The notes: generated by a model not told the origin, from the sequence alone. Shown: positions 21,545-30,901, numbered from the stretch's first letter. The stretch is 64,000 nucleotides of DNA from a candidate division FCPU426 bacterium (GCA_040756875.1 JBFLYH010000001.1:160001-224000); one strand, 5' to 3'. Made by a program: numbers and translations.

Positions 21545-21738
21545 GGAACCCCCCGGAGATCGGCGGCCGGTCATCCTCCACGTTTCTCGAGAACAACAGG
21601 CCGGGTGATGGTGCGCCTGCCAAAGCACGCTGTAAAGGTGTGGCGGCGAGGCGAAGGCATGACGGTAGGTCGCGTCACTATAACTATCGGCCCATCAAGC
21701 GATCGGGTTAAGTGTAAAAAGAAATAAAGGAGGAAAAG

Positions 21739-22245
21739 ATGACCACACAGCGCGTTTGGCGCGGGGCGATGGCCCTGGCGATACTGGGAATGGTGTCGGG
21801 GGGAACCACGGTTGCCTGGGGGGGCTCGCAAGGGGGATTGAGCCTGTATGTGGAGGCGCAAAAAGGGTATCAGACCATGGCGCCTGTCACTAAAAGCGCA
21901 GAGGAATGGAAAACCCAACTGACTCCGGAGCAATTCCGGTTGATGCGGCAAGGCGGCACTGAATCGCCATTCAGCGGAGCGTTTTGGAACAACCATGCCT
22001 CGGGCATTTACCACTGCGCCGGATGCGGAACGGATCTATTCAGTTCGAATGCGAAGTTTGACGCCGGTAACGGTTGGCCCAATTTTTGGCAGCCGATTTC
22101 CGGTGCCAACCTGAAAATCAATGGCAACGAGATTCTGTGCGGGCGGTGCGGCGCTCATTTGGGCTTCATTTACAACGACGGTCCCAAACCCTCGGGACGA
22201 CGATATACCGTGAATTCGGGCGGTCTTACCTTTACGGCGAAATAA
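21739..22245 (+). CDS. Exported MsrB-fold protein lacking the catalytic cysteine
   Basis: EEWKTQLTPEQF, GTE.PF, CAGC and CGRC Zn motifs, GWP.F, HLG, DGP.P.G.RY.VNS; signal peptide; AAGGAGG RBS. Confidence 0.88.
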   Translation: MTTQRVWRGAMALAILGMVSGGTTVAWGGSQGGLSLYVEAQKGYQTMAPVTKSAEEWKTQLTPEQFRLMRQGGTESPFSGAFWNNHASGIYHCAGCGTDLFSSNAKFDAGNGWPNFWQPISGANLKINGNEILCGRCGAHLGFIYNDGPKPSGRRYTVNSGGLTFTAK

Positions 22246-22286
22246 ACCGACGGATCCGGCTTGTTCACAGAGGGCGTCTTGTCCCT

Positions 22287-22601
22287 TCACCCGCCACTGA
22301 CACGATAACCGCGCTGTTGCAGCCAGATTTTGATCGCAGTCTGATGATCGCCTTGCAACTCGAGGCGGTGTTCCTTGACAGTGCCACCGGTGCCGCAAAG
22401 CTGCTGTAATGCTTTAAGGAAGCGGCGCAATTCGTCGTCCGAAATTGCCAGGCGTTCCACCACCGTGACGGTTTTCCCAGCCCGGCCTTTTCTTTCCAAA
22501 CGCAGCACTGCCTTGCCAGTGCCCGGCGCATGGCCCGGCATTTCCTTTTTAAAACGGCTAGGATCGTCGGAATAAACCAACCGGGCTTTTAAGTCATCCA
22601 T
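22287..22601 (-). CDS. yciH: SUI1/YciH translation initiation factor homologue
   Basis: RLVYS, ERKGRAGKTVT, CGTGGTVK, ELQGD. Confidence 0.9.
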   Translation of the reverse strand: MDDLKARLVYSDDPSRFKKEMPGHAPGTGKAVLRLERKGRAGKTVTVVERLAISDDELRRFLKALQQLCGTGGTVKEHRLELQGDHQTAIKIWLQQRGYRVSGG

Positions 22602-22788
22602 TTTTCCCTCCGGAAGCAATTCGTCCTCTGGGTTCATCCTTGCAACGCAGAAAATCCCGGGCCCTTCGGCCGGGAGACCCCATTTTACCTTTTTCCAACG
22701 AGGGCGTTAAATTTTCATTGACATTTTTATAAATATACATTACAAAAAGCATGATAATACTAATGAATTAAAAAGGCCAAATATATAT

Positions 22789-23235
22789 ATGAAAATTTCA
22801 ACCAAAGGAAGATATGCTGTCAGAGCCATGGTAGAATTGGCGATAGCTGACAGTCCACGGCCAGTGTTATTGGCTTATATTGCCAAACGTCAGGAAATTC
22901 CCGAACGCTATCTGGTACAGATTTTTGGGTCTCTGCGCCGGGCTGGTCTGGTGAGCAGTTATCGGGGAGCCAAAGGCGGATTTCAATTGTCCCGTGCGCC
23001 TGCGGAAATTACCTTGGCGGAAATCCTGGAGGCCTCAGAAGGGAAGCTGGAGTTGGTGGAGTGCCTGCGCGACGACGAGGACCGCTGCAACCGCCAGGGG
23101 GCATGTTCCACGCGCGCCATGTGGGCTGACATCAACGGGCAGGTTCGCGCGCTGCTTTCCAAAATCACTTTGGCGCGCATGGTCGAAATGCACCGGGCGG
23201 ATCAAACCCGTCTGGGAGCAAGCTATTCCATTTAA
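22789..23235 (+). CDS. Rrf2-family regulator (IscR/CymR-like, three Cys)
   Basis: [24 protein letters not shown]-x7-C-x5-C; heads the cysK operon. Confidence 0.92.
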   Translation: MKISTKGRYAVRAMVELAIADSPRPVLLAYIAKRQEIPERYLVQIFGSLRRAGLVSSYRGAKGGFQLSRAPAEITLAEILEASEGKLELVECLRDDEDRCNRQGACSTRAMWADINGQVRALLSKITLARMVEMHRADQTRLGASYSI

Positions 23236-23246
23236 GGAGAGACGGG

Positions 23247-24167
23247 ATGGGGATCGCAGCGGATGTGCTCGGCTTGATCGGCAACACGCCCCTGGTAAGG
23301 TTGAATCGGGTCACGCAGGGCGTGGAGGCCGAAGTCGTCGTTAAAATGGAATCGTTTAACCCGTGTTCCAGTATTAAAGACCGGATCACCTGGGCCATGA
23401 TCCTGGCGGCGGAGGAAAGCGGCGCCTTGCAGCCCGGTGGCGTGGTGGTGGAGCCTACCAGCGGCAACACGGGCATTGGTTTGGCCATGGTGTGCGCGGT
23501 CAGGGGCTATCGCCTGATTCTTACCATGCCCGAAACCATGAGCATGGAACGCAGGCAGATCTTGAGCGTGCTGGGCGCGGAAGTCATCCTGACGCCGGGA
23601 ACGGACGGCATGCGCGGAGCCGTGCGCCGTGCGGAGGAGCTGGTCAAAGAGCTTCCGGGGGCGTATATGCCCCAGCAATTCAACAATCCGGCCAATCCGG
23701 ACATCCACCGCCGCACCACTGCCGAGGAAATTTGGCGGGATACGGACGGCCGGGTGGATGTCCTGGTCGCGGGCGTGGGAACCGGCGGCACGCTGACCGG
23801 GATCGGACAAGTCCTGAAGGAGCGGAATCCCCAGGTCAAAGTCATTGCGGTTGAACCCGCCACTTCACCGGTGCTTTCCGGCGGCAAACCGGGGTCGCAT
23901 AAAATCCAGGGAATCGGCGCGGGCTTCGTGCCCCAGGTTCTGCGGCGCGAACTGATTGACGAAGTCATTACCGTGCTGGACGAGGAAGCCGGCGTCATGG
24001 CCAGGCGGCTGGCCAGGGAAGAGGGCCTGCTGCTGGGAATATCGGCCGGGGCGAACGTATGGGCCGCGGTCCAGGTGGCCGGGCGGCCGGAGCACCGCGG
24101 GCAGCGCATTGTCACCATCGGCTGCGACACCGGGGAGCGTTATTTATCCACCTGGGCATTCAAATAA
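23247..24167 (+). CDS. cysK: Cysteine synthase A
   Basis: IGNTPLV, SIKDR PLP Lys, [34 protein letters not shown]. Confidence 0.97.
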   Translation: MGIAADVLGLIGNTPLVRLNRVTQGVEAEVVVKMESFNPCSSIKDRITWAMILAAEESGALQPGGVVVEPTSGNTGIGLAMVCAVRGYRLILTMPETMSMERRQILSVLGAEVILTPGTDGMRGAVRRAEELVKELPGAYMPQQFNNPANPDIHRRTTAEEIWRDTDGRVDVLVAGVGTGGTLTGIGQVLKERNPQVKVIAVEPATSPVLSGGKPGSHKIQGIGAGFVPQVLRRELIDEVITVLDEEAGVMARRLAREEGLLLGISAGANVWAAVQVAGRPEHRGQRIVTIGCDTGERYLSTWAFK

Positions 24168-24281
24168 ATCAAGTCACCTGCACGCCGGGCGTGCAGGCAT
24201 TCCGGCTGTCATACCTTGAAATCCTGCCCGCTTTTTTGGCGGCAACAGGTGGCAGGGTGCGGCAGCGGCGAGGAGCGCATC

Positions 24282-25577
24282 ATGCCAGAGCCGAAATACC
24301 GTTTTGAAACCCTGAGTTTGCACGCCGGCCAGACAGCGGATCCCTGCACGTTTTCCCGGGCCGTGCCCGTGTACCGGACCAGCAGTTTTGTGTTCAAGAA
24401 CACCGAGCACGCGGCCAACCTGTTCGGGCTGAAGGAACCGGGCAACATTTACACGCGGTTGATGAATCCCACCCACGAGGTGCTGGAAAAACGCATGGCC
24501 GCCCTGGAAGGCGGGGTGGGGGCCTTGGTACATGCCTCGGGCACGGCCGCGGTCTTCAACACCATCATCAATCTCTGCCAGAACGGGGACGAGGTGGTGG
24601 CTGCGCGCAACCTGTACGGCGGCACCTATACGATGTTCGACGCCATCCTGCCGCAATTCGGCATTAAGGTGAAGATGGTGGATCCGGCCAAGCCGGAGGC
24701 ATTCAAACAGGCGCTGACCGACCGCACCCGGGCCATATACGTGGAGACCATCGGCAATCCCACCCTGGAAATAACGGACCTGGAGGCTGTGTCCAAAATC
24801 GCCCAATCGGCCCATGTGCCCCTGGTGGTGGATTCCACGTTCACCACTCCGTATTTGCTCCGCCCCCTCGAGTACGGGGCGGACATTGTCGTGCATTCGC
24901 TCACCAAATGGCTGGGCGGACACGGCACGGCCATCGGCGGGGTGGTCGTGGACGGCGGCAAATTCGACTGGACGGACAAGAAGTTCAAGCTGTTCAACGA
25001 ACCGGAACCCAGCTACCACGACCTGCGTTTTGCCCACGACCTGGGCGATTTGCAGCCGCAGGCTTTCATCCTGCGCCAGCGGCTGGTGGCCATGCGGAAT
25101 CTGGGGGCCTGCCTTTCGCCGGACAATGCCTGGCTGTTTCTGCAGGGGCTGGAAACGCTGCCGTTGCGCATGCAGCGGCATTGCGAAAATGCGCTGGCTG
25201 TGGCCCGCTTTCTGAAACAGGAGGACCAAGTCAGTTGGGTCCGGTATCCCGGGCTCGAGGATGATCCCGCCCACGGCCTGGCCAAACGGTATTTGCCGCG
25301 CGGGGCCGGCGGCATGGTGGTTTTCGGAATAAAAGGGGGGGCGCTCAACGGCCAACGCTTCATTGAGGCGCTGCAGTTGTTCTCGCACCTGGCCAATGTC
25401 GGAGACGCCAAGAGCCTGGCCATCCACCCGGCTTCAACCACGCACGCCCAGCTGTCCGCGGCCCAGCAGCAGGAGGCCGGCGTGACGCCGGATATGATCC
25501 GCCTTTCGATCGGCCTCGAACATGTGGACGATTTGAGGGAAGATCTCCGGCAGGCCCTGGTGCGGGCCATCGTCTAA
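24282..25577 (+). CDS. metY: O-acetylhomoserine sulfhydrylase
   Basis: GNIYTRLMNPT, LYGGTY, HSLTKWLGGHG, HLANVGDAKSL, HPASTTH. Confidence 0.93.
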   Translation: MPEPKYRFETLSLHAGQTADPCTFSRAVPVYRTSSFVFKNTEHAANLFGLKEPGNIYTRLMNPTHEVLEKRMAALEGGVGALVHASGTAAVFNTIINLCQNGDEVVAARNLYGGTYTMFDAILPQFGIKVKMVDPAKPEAFKQALTDRTRAIYVETIGNPTLEITDLEAVSKIAQSAHVPLVVDSTFTTPYLLRPLEYGADIVVHSLTKWLGGHGTAIGGVVVDGGKFDWTDKKFKLFNEPEPSYHDLRFAHDLGDLQPQAFILRQRLVAMRNLGACLSPDNAWLFLQGLETLPLRMQRHCENALAVARFLKQEDQVSWVRYPGLEDDPAHGLAKRYLPRGAGGMVVFGIKGGALNGQRFIEALQLFSHLANVGDAKSLAIHPASTTHAQLSAAQQQEAGVTPDMIRLSIGLEHVDDLREDLRQALVRAIV

Positions 25578-25591
25578 GCGGATACGGACTC

Positions 25592-26581
25592 ATGCCCAAG
25601 GCGATCGCCCTCTACTCCGGCGGCTTGGACAGCACGCTGGCTGTCGCCCTCATGCGACGGGCCGGCGTGGAGGTCATTCCGTTGACCTTTACCTCGCCTT
25701 TCGGGGGCGGCTCCGGTGAAGAGGGCAGGATGCGGGCCGTGGCCGACACATTCGGCCTGGAACTGCAAACCGTGCCCTTTGCGGAGGAATTGATCGCCCT
25801 GGTCAAATCGCCCCGGCACGGCCACGGTAAAAACCTGAATCCGTGCATTGACTGCCATCTGCTCATGCTGCGCAAGTCCAAGGCGCTCTTGCCGGCGTAT
25901 GGGGCGGATTTTGTGGTCACGGGCGAGGTCTTGGGACAGCGTCCCATGAGTCAGCACCGGCAGGCATTGGACCTGATCGCGCGCCAGTCCGGGCTGGCGG
26001 AACTGCTGCTGCGCCCGCTCAGCGCGCGTCTTCTGCCGCCGACTCTGCCGCAGGTTAAAGGCTGGGTCGGGGAGGAATGGCTGCTGGACATCGCCGGGCG
26101 GGGCCGCACGCGTCAGCTGGAACTGGCGAAAAGCCTGGGGCTGGAAAAGTACCAGCCGCCTGCGGGCGGCTGCCTGTTAACCGATCCCGGCTACACCCGC
26201 AAGCTCCGCGATGTCATGGATTCAGGCCTGCTGACCGAACATGCGGCCGAGGTCATCCGCCACGGACGCTACTTCAACCTGGGTCCGGCCGCGAAGCTGG
26301 TGGTGGCCAGGCAGGAAGCCGAGTGCCGCCGCCTGGAGGCTTTGGCGCAGGCGGAGGAGTGGCTGCTGGTGCCCGGCGACGCGACCCGGGGGCCTTCGGG
26401 TTTGCTGTTGGGACCCGAGGGCGAATCGAACCTCGGAGCGGCGCTGGAAATCCTGGCTCATTACTGCCGGCCAGCTCCTGCCATGGAAATGGAAATCGGA
26501 AAGCCGGGCGGGCAACGCTCGCTGGTCCGGCTGCCCGCGGAGATGGCGGAAGAACGCTTGCGCGCTTTATTGGTGGGGTAA
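25592..26581 (+). CDS. ThiI/MnmA-like PP-loop tRNA thiolase (DUF814-associated type)
   Basis: SGGLDS PP-loop, NPCIDC, TGEVLGQRPMSQ, PAGGCLLT. Confidence 0.85.
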   Translation: MPKAIALYSGGLDSTLAVALMRRAGVEVIPLTFTSPFGGGSGEEGRMRAVADTFGLELQTVPFAEELIALVKSPRHGHGKNLNPCIDCHLLMLRKSKALLPAYGADFVVTGEVLGQRPMSQHRQALDLIARQSGLAELLLRPLSARLLPPTLPQVKGWVGEEWLLDIAGRGRTRQLELAKSLGLEKYQPPAGGCLLTDPGYTRKLRDVMDSGLLTEHAAEVIRHGRYFNLGPAAKLVVARQEAECRRLEALAQAEEWLLVPGDATRGPSGLLLGPEGESNLGAALEILAHYCRPAPAMEMEIGKPGGQRSLVRLPAEMAEERLRALLVG

Positions 26582-26589
26582 ACGGCGCT

Positions 26590-27144
26590 TCAATCCCAAC
26601 GCAGGTGCCAGCGCCACGTCAGGGGATTGCTCTCGTCTTTTTGCACTTTCATATTGGGCAAATGCAAAAGTTCTCCCACGCCTAAAAAATATCCGCTCAA
26701 ATATTCGCGCATGTACGGGGGATATTCGGGGTAATTGCTCAGAACAAAGGTCATCTGCTTGGGGCCGGTGTTTTCCACGGAAGCATCCCCGCTGTCGTAA
26801 AAGCTGCGCCAGAGCACGGCCACGCGCTTCCAGACAAATTGCGGCGTGGGGATGCGGATGAAGATTTGGTAAAACCAGGGCAATCCTTCCTTGGCCATGA
26901 TGCGGCCCAATTCCCGCAACGCCCGGTTGGAATCCCCGGGAAAAAGCACCAGAGCTGCTTCATATAAGACCGATCCCTTCGCTTCGAGCGGCAGCGGGTT
27001 CCATGAAACCGCCAAGGTATCGGCCTTCCAGACATCGATATTTTCCTGATCCAACAGTTCGAGGAGTTTGGCTTCCATGGCCGGTCCCCGGTCCCGGACG
27101 ATTTTTTTCAGAATCAAAGTTCCCGAGCCTTTAACCTTGTTCAC
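26590..27144 (-). CDS. DUF2378/TIGR02265-like (V4R/HNOB-type fold) hypothetical protein
   Basis: VKGSG start, SWNP, LRELGR, LWRSFYDSG, terminal RW; AGGAG before GTG; TTGACA-17-TAAAGT upstream. Confidence 0.6.
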   Translation of the reverse strand: MNKVKGSGTLILKKIVRDRGPAMEAKLLELLDQENIDVWKADTLAVSWNPLPLEAKGSVLYEAALVLFPGDSNRALRELGRIMAKEGLPWFYQIFIRIPTPQFVWKRVAVLWRSFYDSGDASVENTGPKQMTFVLSNYPEYPPYMREYLSGYFLGVGELLHLPNMKVQKDESNPLTWRWHLRWD

Positions 27145-27453
27145 GATATGTCTCCTGAAACCAAGATGAACAGCTCTAAAATACTTTAATCATCCGGAAG
27201 GCGTTTGTCAATTCACAAGCTTTTTCAAGCCTTATCCAAAACCCGCGAACCAAACCCGGCTGACGGTGTCTCTTGTTATACATATAAAGGAAATCTAATA
27301 TAAAATCGCCGGGGTTTTAGGGGTCATTGGAACAGGCGTTCAATTCCTCTTCAGTCATTCCTGAGTTGCCGTTGGGGAACGTTTTACAGGATTGAGTTGC
27401 GGAGGAGGGAAACTCAGCCACCGAAAAGCCTTGGGAAAGGAACAGGGGAGATC

Positions 27454-28149
27454 ATGATCCGGGTGCGATGGATGATCGGAATGGGGCTTCTTATTTTCTG
27501 GACGGTTTCAGGGACTGTGTATGGACAGGTGGAGACGGGCTGGCAGGCAGGTGCTTTTTTCAACGGGGGCTTGAGCGGGCCCCGGATTAGCATGGACCGG
27601 ATGTTCCAGGCGGGAATCAAAAGCGCGTTGGAACCCAAGGCTTATTTAGGGCGGAACGCGCCCAATGGGCAGGCAGGTGAGCGGGCGTTCCCTGGATATT
27701 CCAGCCGGATTGAAAACGAAAGCAGTCCGCTGGCAAAGGCTTTGCACGACCCCGAAGCGCTCCGGGCGGCATGGATGAACTTCCTAAGCGGGGACGGCAT
27801 GGATTCCAGGGGGCGCTTGGATCGCGAACGGGAGTTCGTCATGGCCATGGTCCGCTATATGCAGCAAACCAGGGCATATGCTCCTGCGGATCATGACCGC
27901 AACCTTCGTTTTTTCAGCGATTTGCTGGGCTCGGTTTCCAACGTTCGTTCAGTGCAAATCGCGGATGCGACTTTTTCAGGCTTTACCGCGCCTTTTACAG
28001 TGCCCGAACAATTCCTCAAGCCCGGACGCCGGGGCGCTTTAGGGGCGATTCTCGACACCCTGCAGGGCTCAAGTTACGTGGTCCGGCCGCAAGTCAGGCA
28101 CTGGTTCGAGAGACCGGCTTGGCTGCGTTGGTTCGATTCAGCCGTGTGA
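27454..28149 (+). CDS. Hypothetical exported protein
   Basis: GGGGAG RBS, signal-peptide-like N-terminus, 231 aa. Confidence 0.6.
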   Translation: MIRVRWMIGMGLLIFWTVSGTVYGQVETGWQAGAFFNGGLSGPRISMDRMFQAGIKSALEPKAYLGRNAPNGQAGERAFPGYSSRIENESSPLAKALHDPEALRAAWMNFLSGDGMDSRGRLDREREFVMAMVRYMQQTRAYAPADHDRNLRFFSDLLGSVSNVRSVQIADATFSGFTAPFTVPEQFLKPGRRGALGAILDTLQGSSYVVRPQVRHWFERPAWLRWFDSAV

Positions 28150-28254
28150 GGGTTCTTGCCTGCAGAGGCAACCCAGGCGGGCGGTTTTACCCCCTTCACC
28201 AAGGCTCCGCAGCTTGCCGCTGGGAGTTTCGTCCGCCTGGGTATTTTCCGTACC

Positions 28255-28294
28255 GTCAATAATCATTGACACGCAAGGGTTTCCTGCTTACGAT
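28255..28294 (+). promoter_or_regulatory. Putative hgcAB sigma70 promoter with a palindrome over the -35
   Basis: TTGACA(28266)-17-TACGAT(28289); GTCAAT-AATC-ATTGAC inverted repeat at 28255-28270. Confidence 0.6.
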
Positions 28295-28351
28295 TAAATT
28301 GCGATGGTGGTTCGTAACCATTCGCTTTCCCGTTGAAGAAGGATTCGGCCA

Positions 28352-29377
28352 ATGCCCGACACCCCCCGCGATTTTTCCATCCCCCAGCCGACCCCCTTGG
28401 GCACCAAGCTGACCTGGCAGGATTATTGGGGTGCCGTCAAAGTCCGCTGGAATTGGGGCCGCGGCAATTACGCGATGCAGCCGGGTTTGTATTCAGTCAA
28501 CGAGCCAGACGCGGATTCAATCGTCCTGCTGTCAAGCAACTACAAACTCAGCCTGGACATGCTGCGCAAGCATCTCGGCCGCATGAAAGCCTGGGTGCTG
28601 GTATTGGATACCCGCGGCATCAACGTCTGGTGTGCGGCCGGCAAGGGGACTTTCGGTGCCGCGGAAGTGGTCCGCCAGGTTAAGTCCGTCCAACTGGCCC
28701 AGAGGGTCCGGCACCGCCGTCTGGTGGCTCCGCAGCTGGGTGCCCCGGGGTTGTCAGCCCAGGAAGTAAAAACCGGCTGCGACTTTGAGGTGGTGTTCGG
28801 GCCGGTGCGGGCGCAGGATTTGCAGGCTTTCGTCGAAGCCGGGTTCCGAGCCACGCCCCGTATGCGCCGCGTCGAGTTTTCCCTTGGAGACCGGCTGGTG
28901 CTGATTCCCGTGGAGGTGCTCGGCCATCTTAAACTGTTGGCCATCGTGGCCTTGGTTTTCGGCTTGGTGGACGGGCTGTTCCGCAACGTTTATTCCGTGA
29001 ATCATGCGATAGCCGGCGCCCTGACCGCCGCTTTTTTCCTGGCGCTCGGTTTGTTCGCGGGATCGGTTCTTACACCGCTGCTGCTTCCCTGGGTTCCTGG
29101 CCGGGCTTTTTCCCTGAAAGGGGCGGTCGCCGGCCTGGTTGTGTTCATTGGTTTTGGGAGTATATTCCGGACGGTTTTGGTCTGGACGCCTTTGGTGGCT
29201 GCGGCCTGGCTGTTGCTGGTGCTGGCTACGGCGTCGTTTACAGCCATGAATTTTACCGGCAGTTCAACCTATACCTCCCTCTCTGGCGTTAAAAAAGAAA
29301 TGAGTCTGGCTTTGCCCTTGCAGGCCCTGGCGGCGGTCGCCAGCTTGGTCTTGCTTATTCTGGTGCGGTTTCGATAA
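28352..29377 (+). CDS. hgcA: Mercury methylation corrinoid protein
   Basis: Cap-helix GINVWCAAGKGTFG, NYKLSLD, PQLGAPG, FGPVRA, C-terminal TM helices, MNFTGSSTYTSLSGVKKEM. Confidence 0.97.
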   Translation: MPDTPRDFSIPQPTPLGTKLTWQDYWGAVKVRWNWGRGNYAMQPGLYSVNEPDADSIVLLSSNYKLSLDMLRKHLGRMKAWVLVLDTRGINVWCAAGKGTFGAAEVVRQVKSVQLAQRVRHRRLVAPQLGAPGLSAQEVKTGCDFEVVFGPVRAQDLQAFVEAGFRATPRMRRVEFSLGDRLVLIPVEVLGHLKLLAIVALVFGLVDGLFRNVYSVNHAIAGALTAAFFLALGLFAGSVLTPLLLPWVPGRAFSLKGAVAGLVVFIGFGSIFRTVLVWTPLVAAAWLLLVLATASFTAMNFTGSSTYTSLSGVKKEMSLALPLQALAAVASLVLLILVRFR

Positions 29378-29385
29378 AAGACAAG

Positions 29386-29694
29386 ATGAACGGTTTTCGT
29401 TATTTAAAAAACGTAACCACCCTGCGTTTCAACCCCGAACGCTGCAACGGCTGCCGGTTGTGCCTTCAGGTTTGCCCGCACGGTGTCCTCGAACCGGCTG
29501 AAAAACGGATTAAAATCGGCGATGCGGACGCCTGCATGGAATGCGGAGCCTGCGCCCGCAATTGCCCGACCCAAGCCCTGCAGGTGAAAGCCGGCGTGGG
29601 TTGCGCCGGCGCCCTGCTCACCGGCTGGTTCTACCGGACCGAACCCACCTGCGACTGCGCTTGCCGTTCGGCCGCCCCGGTAAAAACGAAATAG
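29386..29694 (+). CDS. hgcB: Mercury methylation 2[4Fe-4S] ferredoxin
   Basis: YLKNVTTL, two CxxCxxCxxxCP motifs (CMECGAC), GVGCA, C-terminal cysteines; 8 nt after hgcA. Confidence 0.96.
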   Translation: MNGFRYLKNVTTLRFNPERCNGCRLCLQVCPHGVLEPAEKRIKIGDADACMECGACARNCPTQALQVKAGVGCAGALLTGWFYRTEPTCDCACRSAAPVKTK

Positions 29695-29856
29695 AAAAAC
29701 TTTTAAGCTTTTTCACTCCTGCCAACCTGTTCGAATTTAGCGCGGTTTTTCCCTCGTTTTGAAACACTTGCAACAAGCCGGATTTTAGCCACGAATGCTT
29801 GCTCCGAATAATCCTTGCAAATAAGACATTTTCCAGGTGCCGGTATGGATGGGAAG

Positions 29857-29873
29857 TTGGCATCAATCCTGCT
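29857..29873 (+). promoter_or_regulatory. Putative sigma54 promoter of hsp20
   Basis: TTGGCATCAATCCTGCT = GG-N10-GC, 45 nt before the ATG. Confidence 0.65.
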
Positions 29874-29918
29874 CTATCAATGGGCAAATGCAGGAAACTT
29901 CGAAAGGAGCGATTCATC

Positions 29919-30326
29919 ATGACCCTCATCAAATGGCAACCGTTCAGAATGTTCAACTGGCAGGATCATTGGGACAATTGGCTGGATTCCCCGTTGCGCG
30001 GGACCTGGGCGCCGGCTTCCGAAATAAGGGAATCGAAAGATGGGTACACGATCCATCTGGAATTGCCGGGAGTGAAAAAGGAAGATCTTAAAATCGATCT
30101 GGCGGACGATGTACTGACCATTCAAGGCGAGAAACGCCACGAAAAGGAGTTGGCAGAGGACGAACAGAGGAGCAGCGAAAGGTTCTACGGGACGTTCACG
30201 CGGAGCTTCGCGTTGCCCGGGCAAGTCGCGGCCGACAAGATCAAGGCTGAATACCGGGACGGCGTTCTGCAGGTGACTGTTCCCAAATCCGAACAGGCCA
30301 AGGTCAAGCAGATTACCGTTCAATAA
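29919..30326 (+). CDS. Hsp20/alpha-crystallin small heat-shock protein
   Basis: ELPGVKKED, ERFYGTFTRSFALP, YRDGVLQVTVPK; AAAGGAG RBS. Confidence 0.95.
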   Translation: MTLIKWQPFRMFNWQDHWDNWLDSPLRGTWAPASEIRESKDGYTIHLELPGVKKEDLKIDLADDVLTIQGEKRHEKELAEDEQRSSERFYGTFTRSFALPGQVAADKIKAEYRDGVLQVTVPKSEQAKVKQITVQ

Positions 30327-30378
30327 AGCCGTTCATTCCGACGGCGCGAGGATAAAATCGGACCGTCGGTCGCGGCCG

Positions 30379-30428
30379 TTCCCTCTGCCCGGGGTGAGAA
30401 ACCCATGCCTCGGGCAGAGGGGAATTTA
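30379..30428 (+). terminator. Long hairpin, probable terminator after hsp20
   Basis: TTCCCTCTGCCCGGGG...CCTCGGGCAGAGGGGAA then TTTA; short U-tract. Confidence 0.5.
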
Positions 30429-30517
30429 ATAAATATCCGTCAGGAGGCCTATCGGGTCTGCTGTGAAAATAACGCCGGCCGGATCGGCTGCAGAATGCCG
30501 GTCCGGACGGCGTGTTA

Positions 30518-30901
30518 TCATTCCTCTAACAAACGCAGCGCTTCCTCCAGAGAACCCACTACATCCACCGGGATGGTATAACCGGCGTCCTTGCCCGTGC
30601 GCTCGAATTGCACTCGCGCCAGCACGTTCTTGGGATCCACGATCCGGATGACGCGCCGGACGCCCTGCTGCCGCATGAATTCCTGGACCCGTTGGATTTG
30701 TTCCGCGCCGCGGCCCGAGGTTGGCAGGGTTTGGGTGATGTCGTTGATGATCACGAATCCCGGCTTGAGTTTCGTGGCTTCGGCGATGGTTTTGTCAGCG
30801 ATTTCGACGGTCAGGTTTTCCGGAAAAAATCCTTTGAAGGTGATGTAAAGCCGGTTTTTATCGATATCAGCGCGAATGTCGTAAGAAATTTCTTTACTCA
30901 T
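30518..30901 (-). CDS. Hypothetical STAS/SEC14-like small protein
   Basis: 127 aa: KNRLYITFKGF, GFVIINDI, GVRRVIRIV, SLEEALRLLE; AAAGGGG RBS. Confidence 0.65.
   Translation of the reverse strand: MSKEISYDIRADIDKNRLYITFKGFFPENLTVEIADKTIAEATKLKPGFVIINDITQTLPTSGRGAEQIQRVQEFMRQQGVRRVIRIVDPKNVLARVQFERTGKDAGYTIPVDVVGSLEEALRLLEE

Noticed and set aside
22195-22220. Selenocysteine in the MsrB homologue
   Set aside because: The catalytic position is ACC (Thr); the nearby TGA is out of frame.
28171-28245. ZTP (pfl) riboswitch suggested by CCGCCTGGG
   Set aside because: The 5' GACTGGCG/GGGAG elements are not evident, the segment is explained by a simple inverted repeat, and it lies upstream of the promoter.
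28300-28345. Fluoride riboswitch suggested by GCGATGGTGGTTCG
   Set aside because: No downstream CTGATGAC-like pseudoknot segment.
30391-30406. TGAGAAACCCA shared with 55846 as a repeat family or TPP riboswitch
   Set aside because: An 11-nt match is expected by chance in this much sequence, and the TPP ACCTGAT core is absent.
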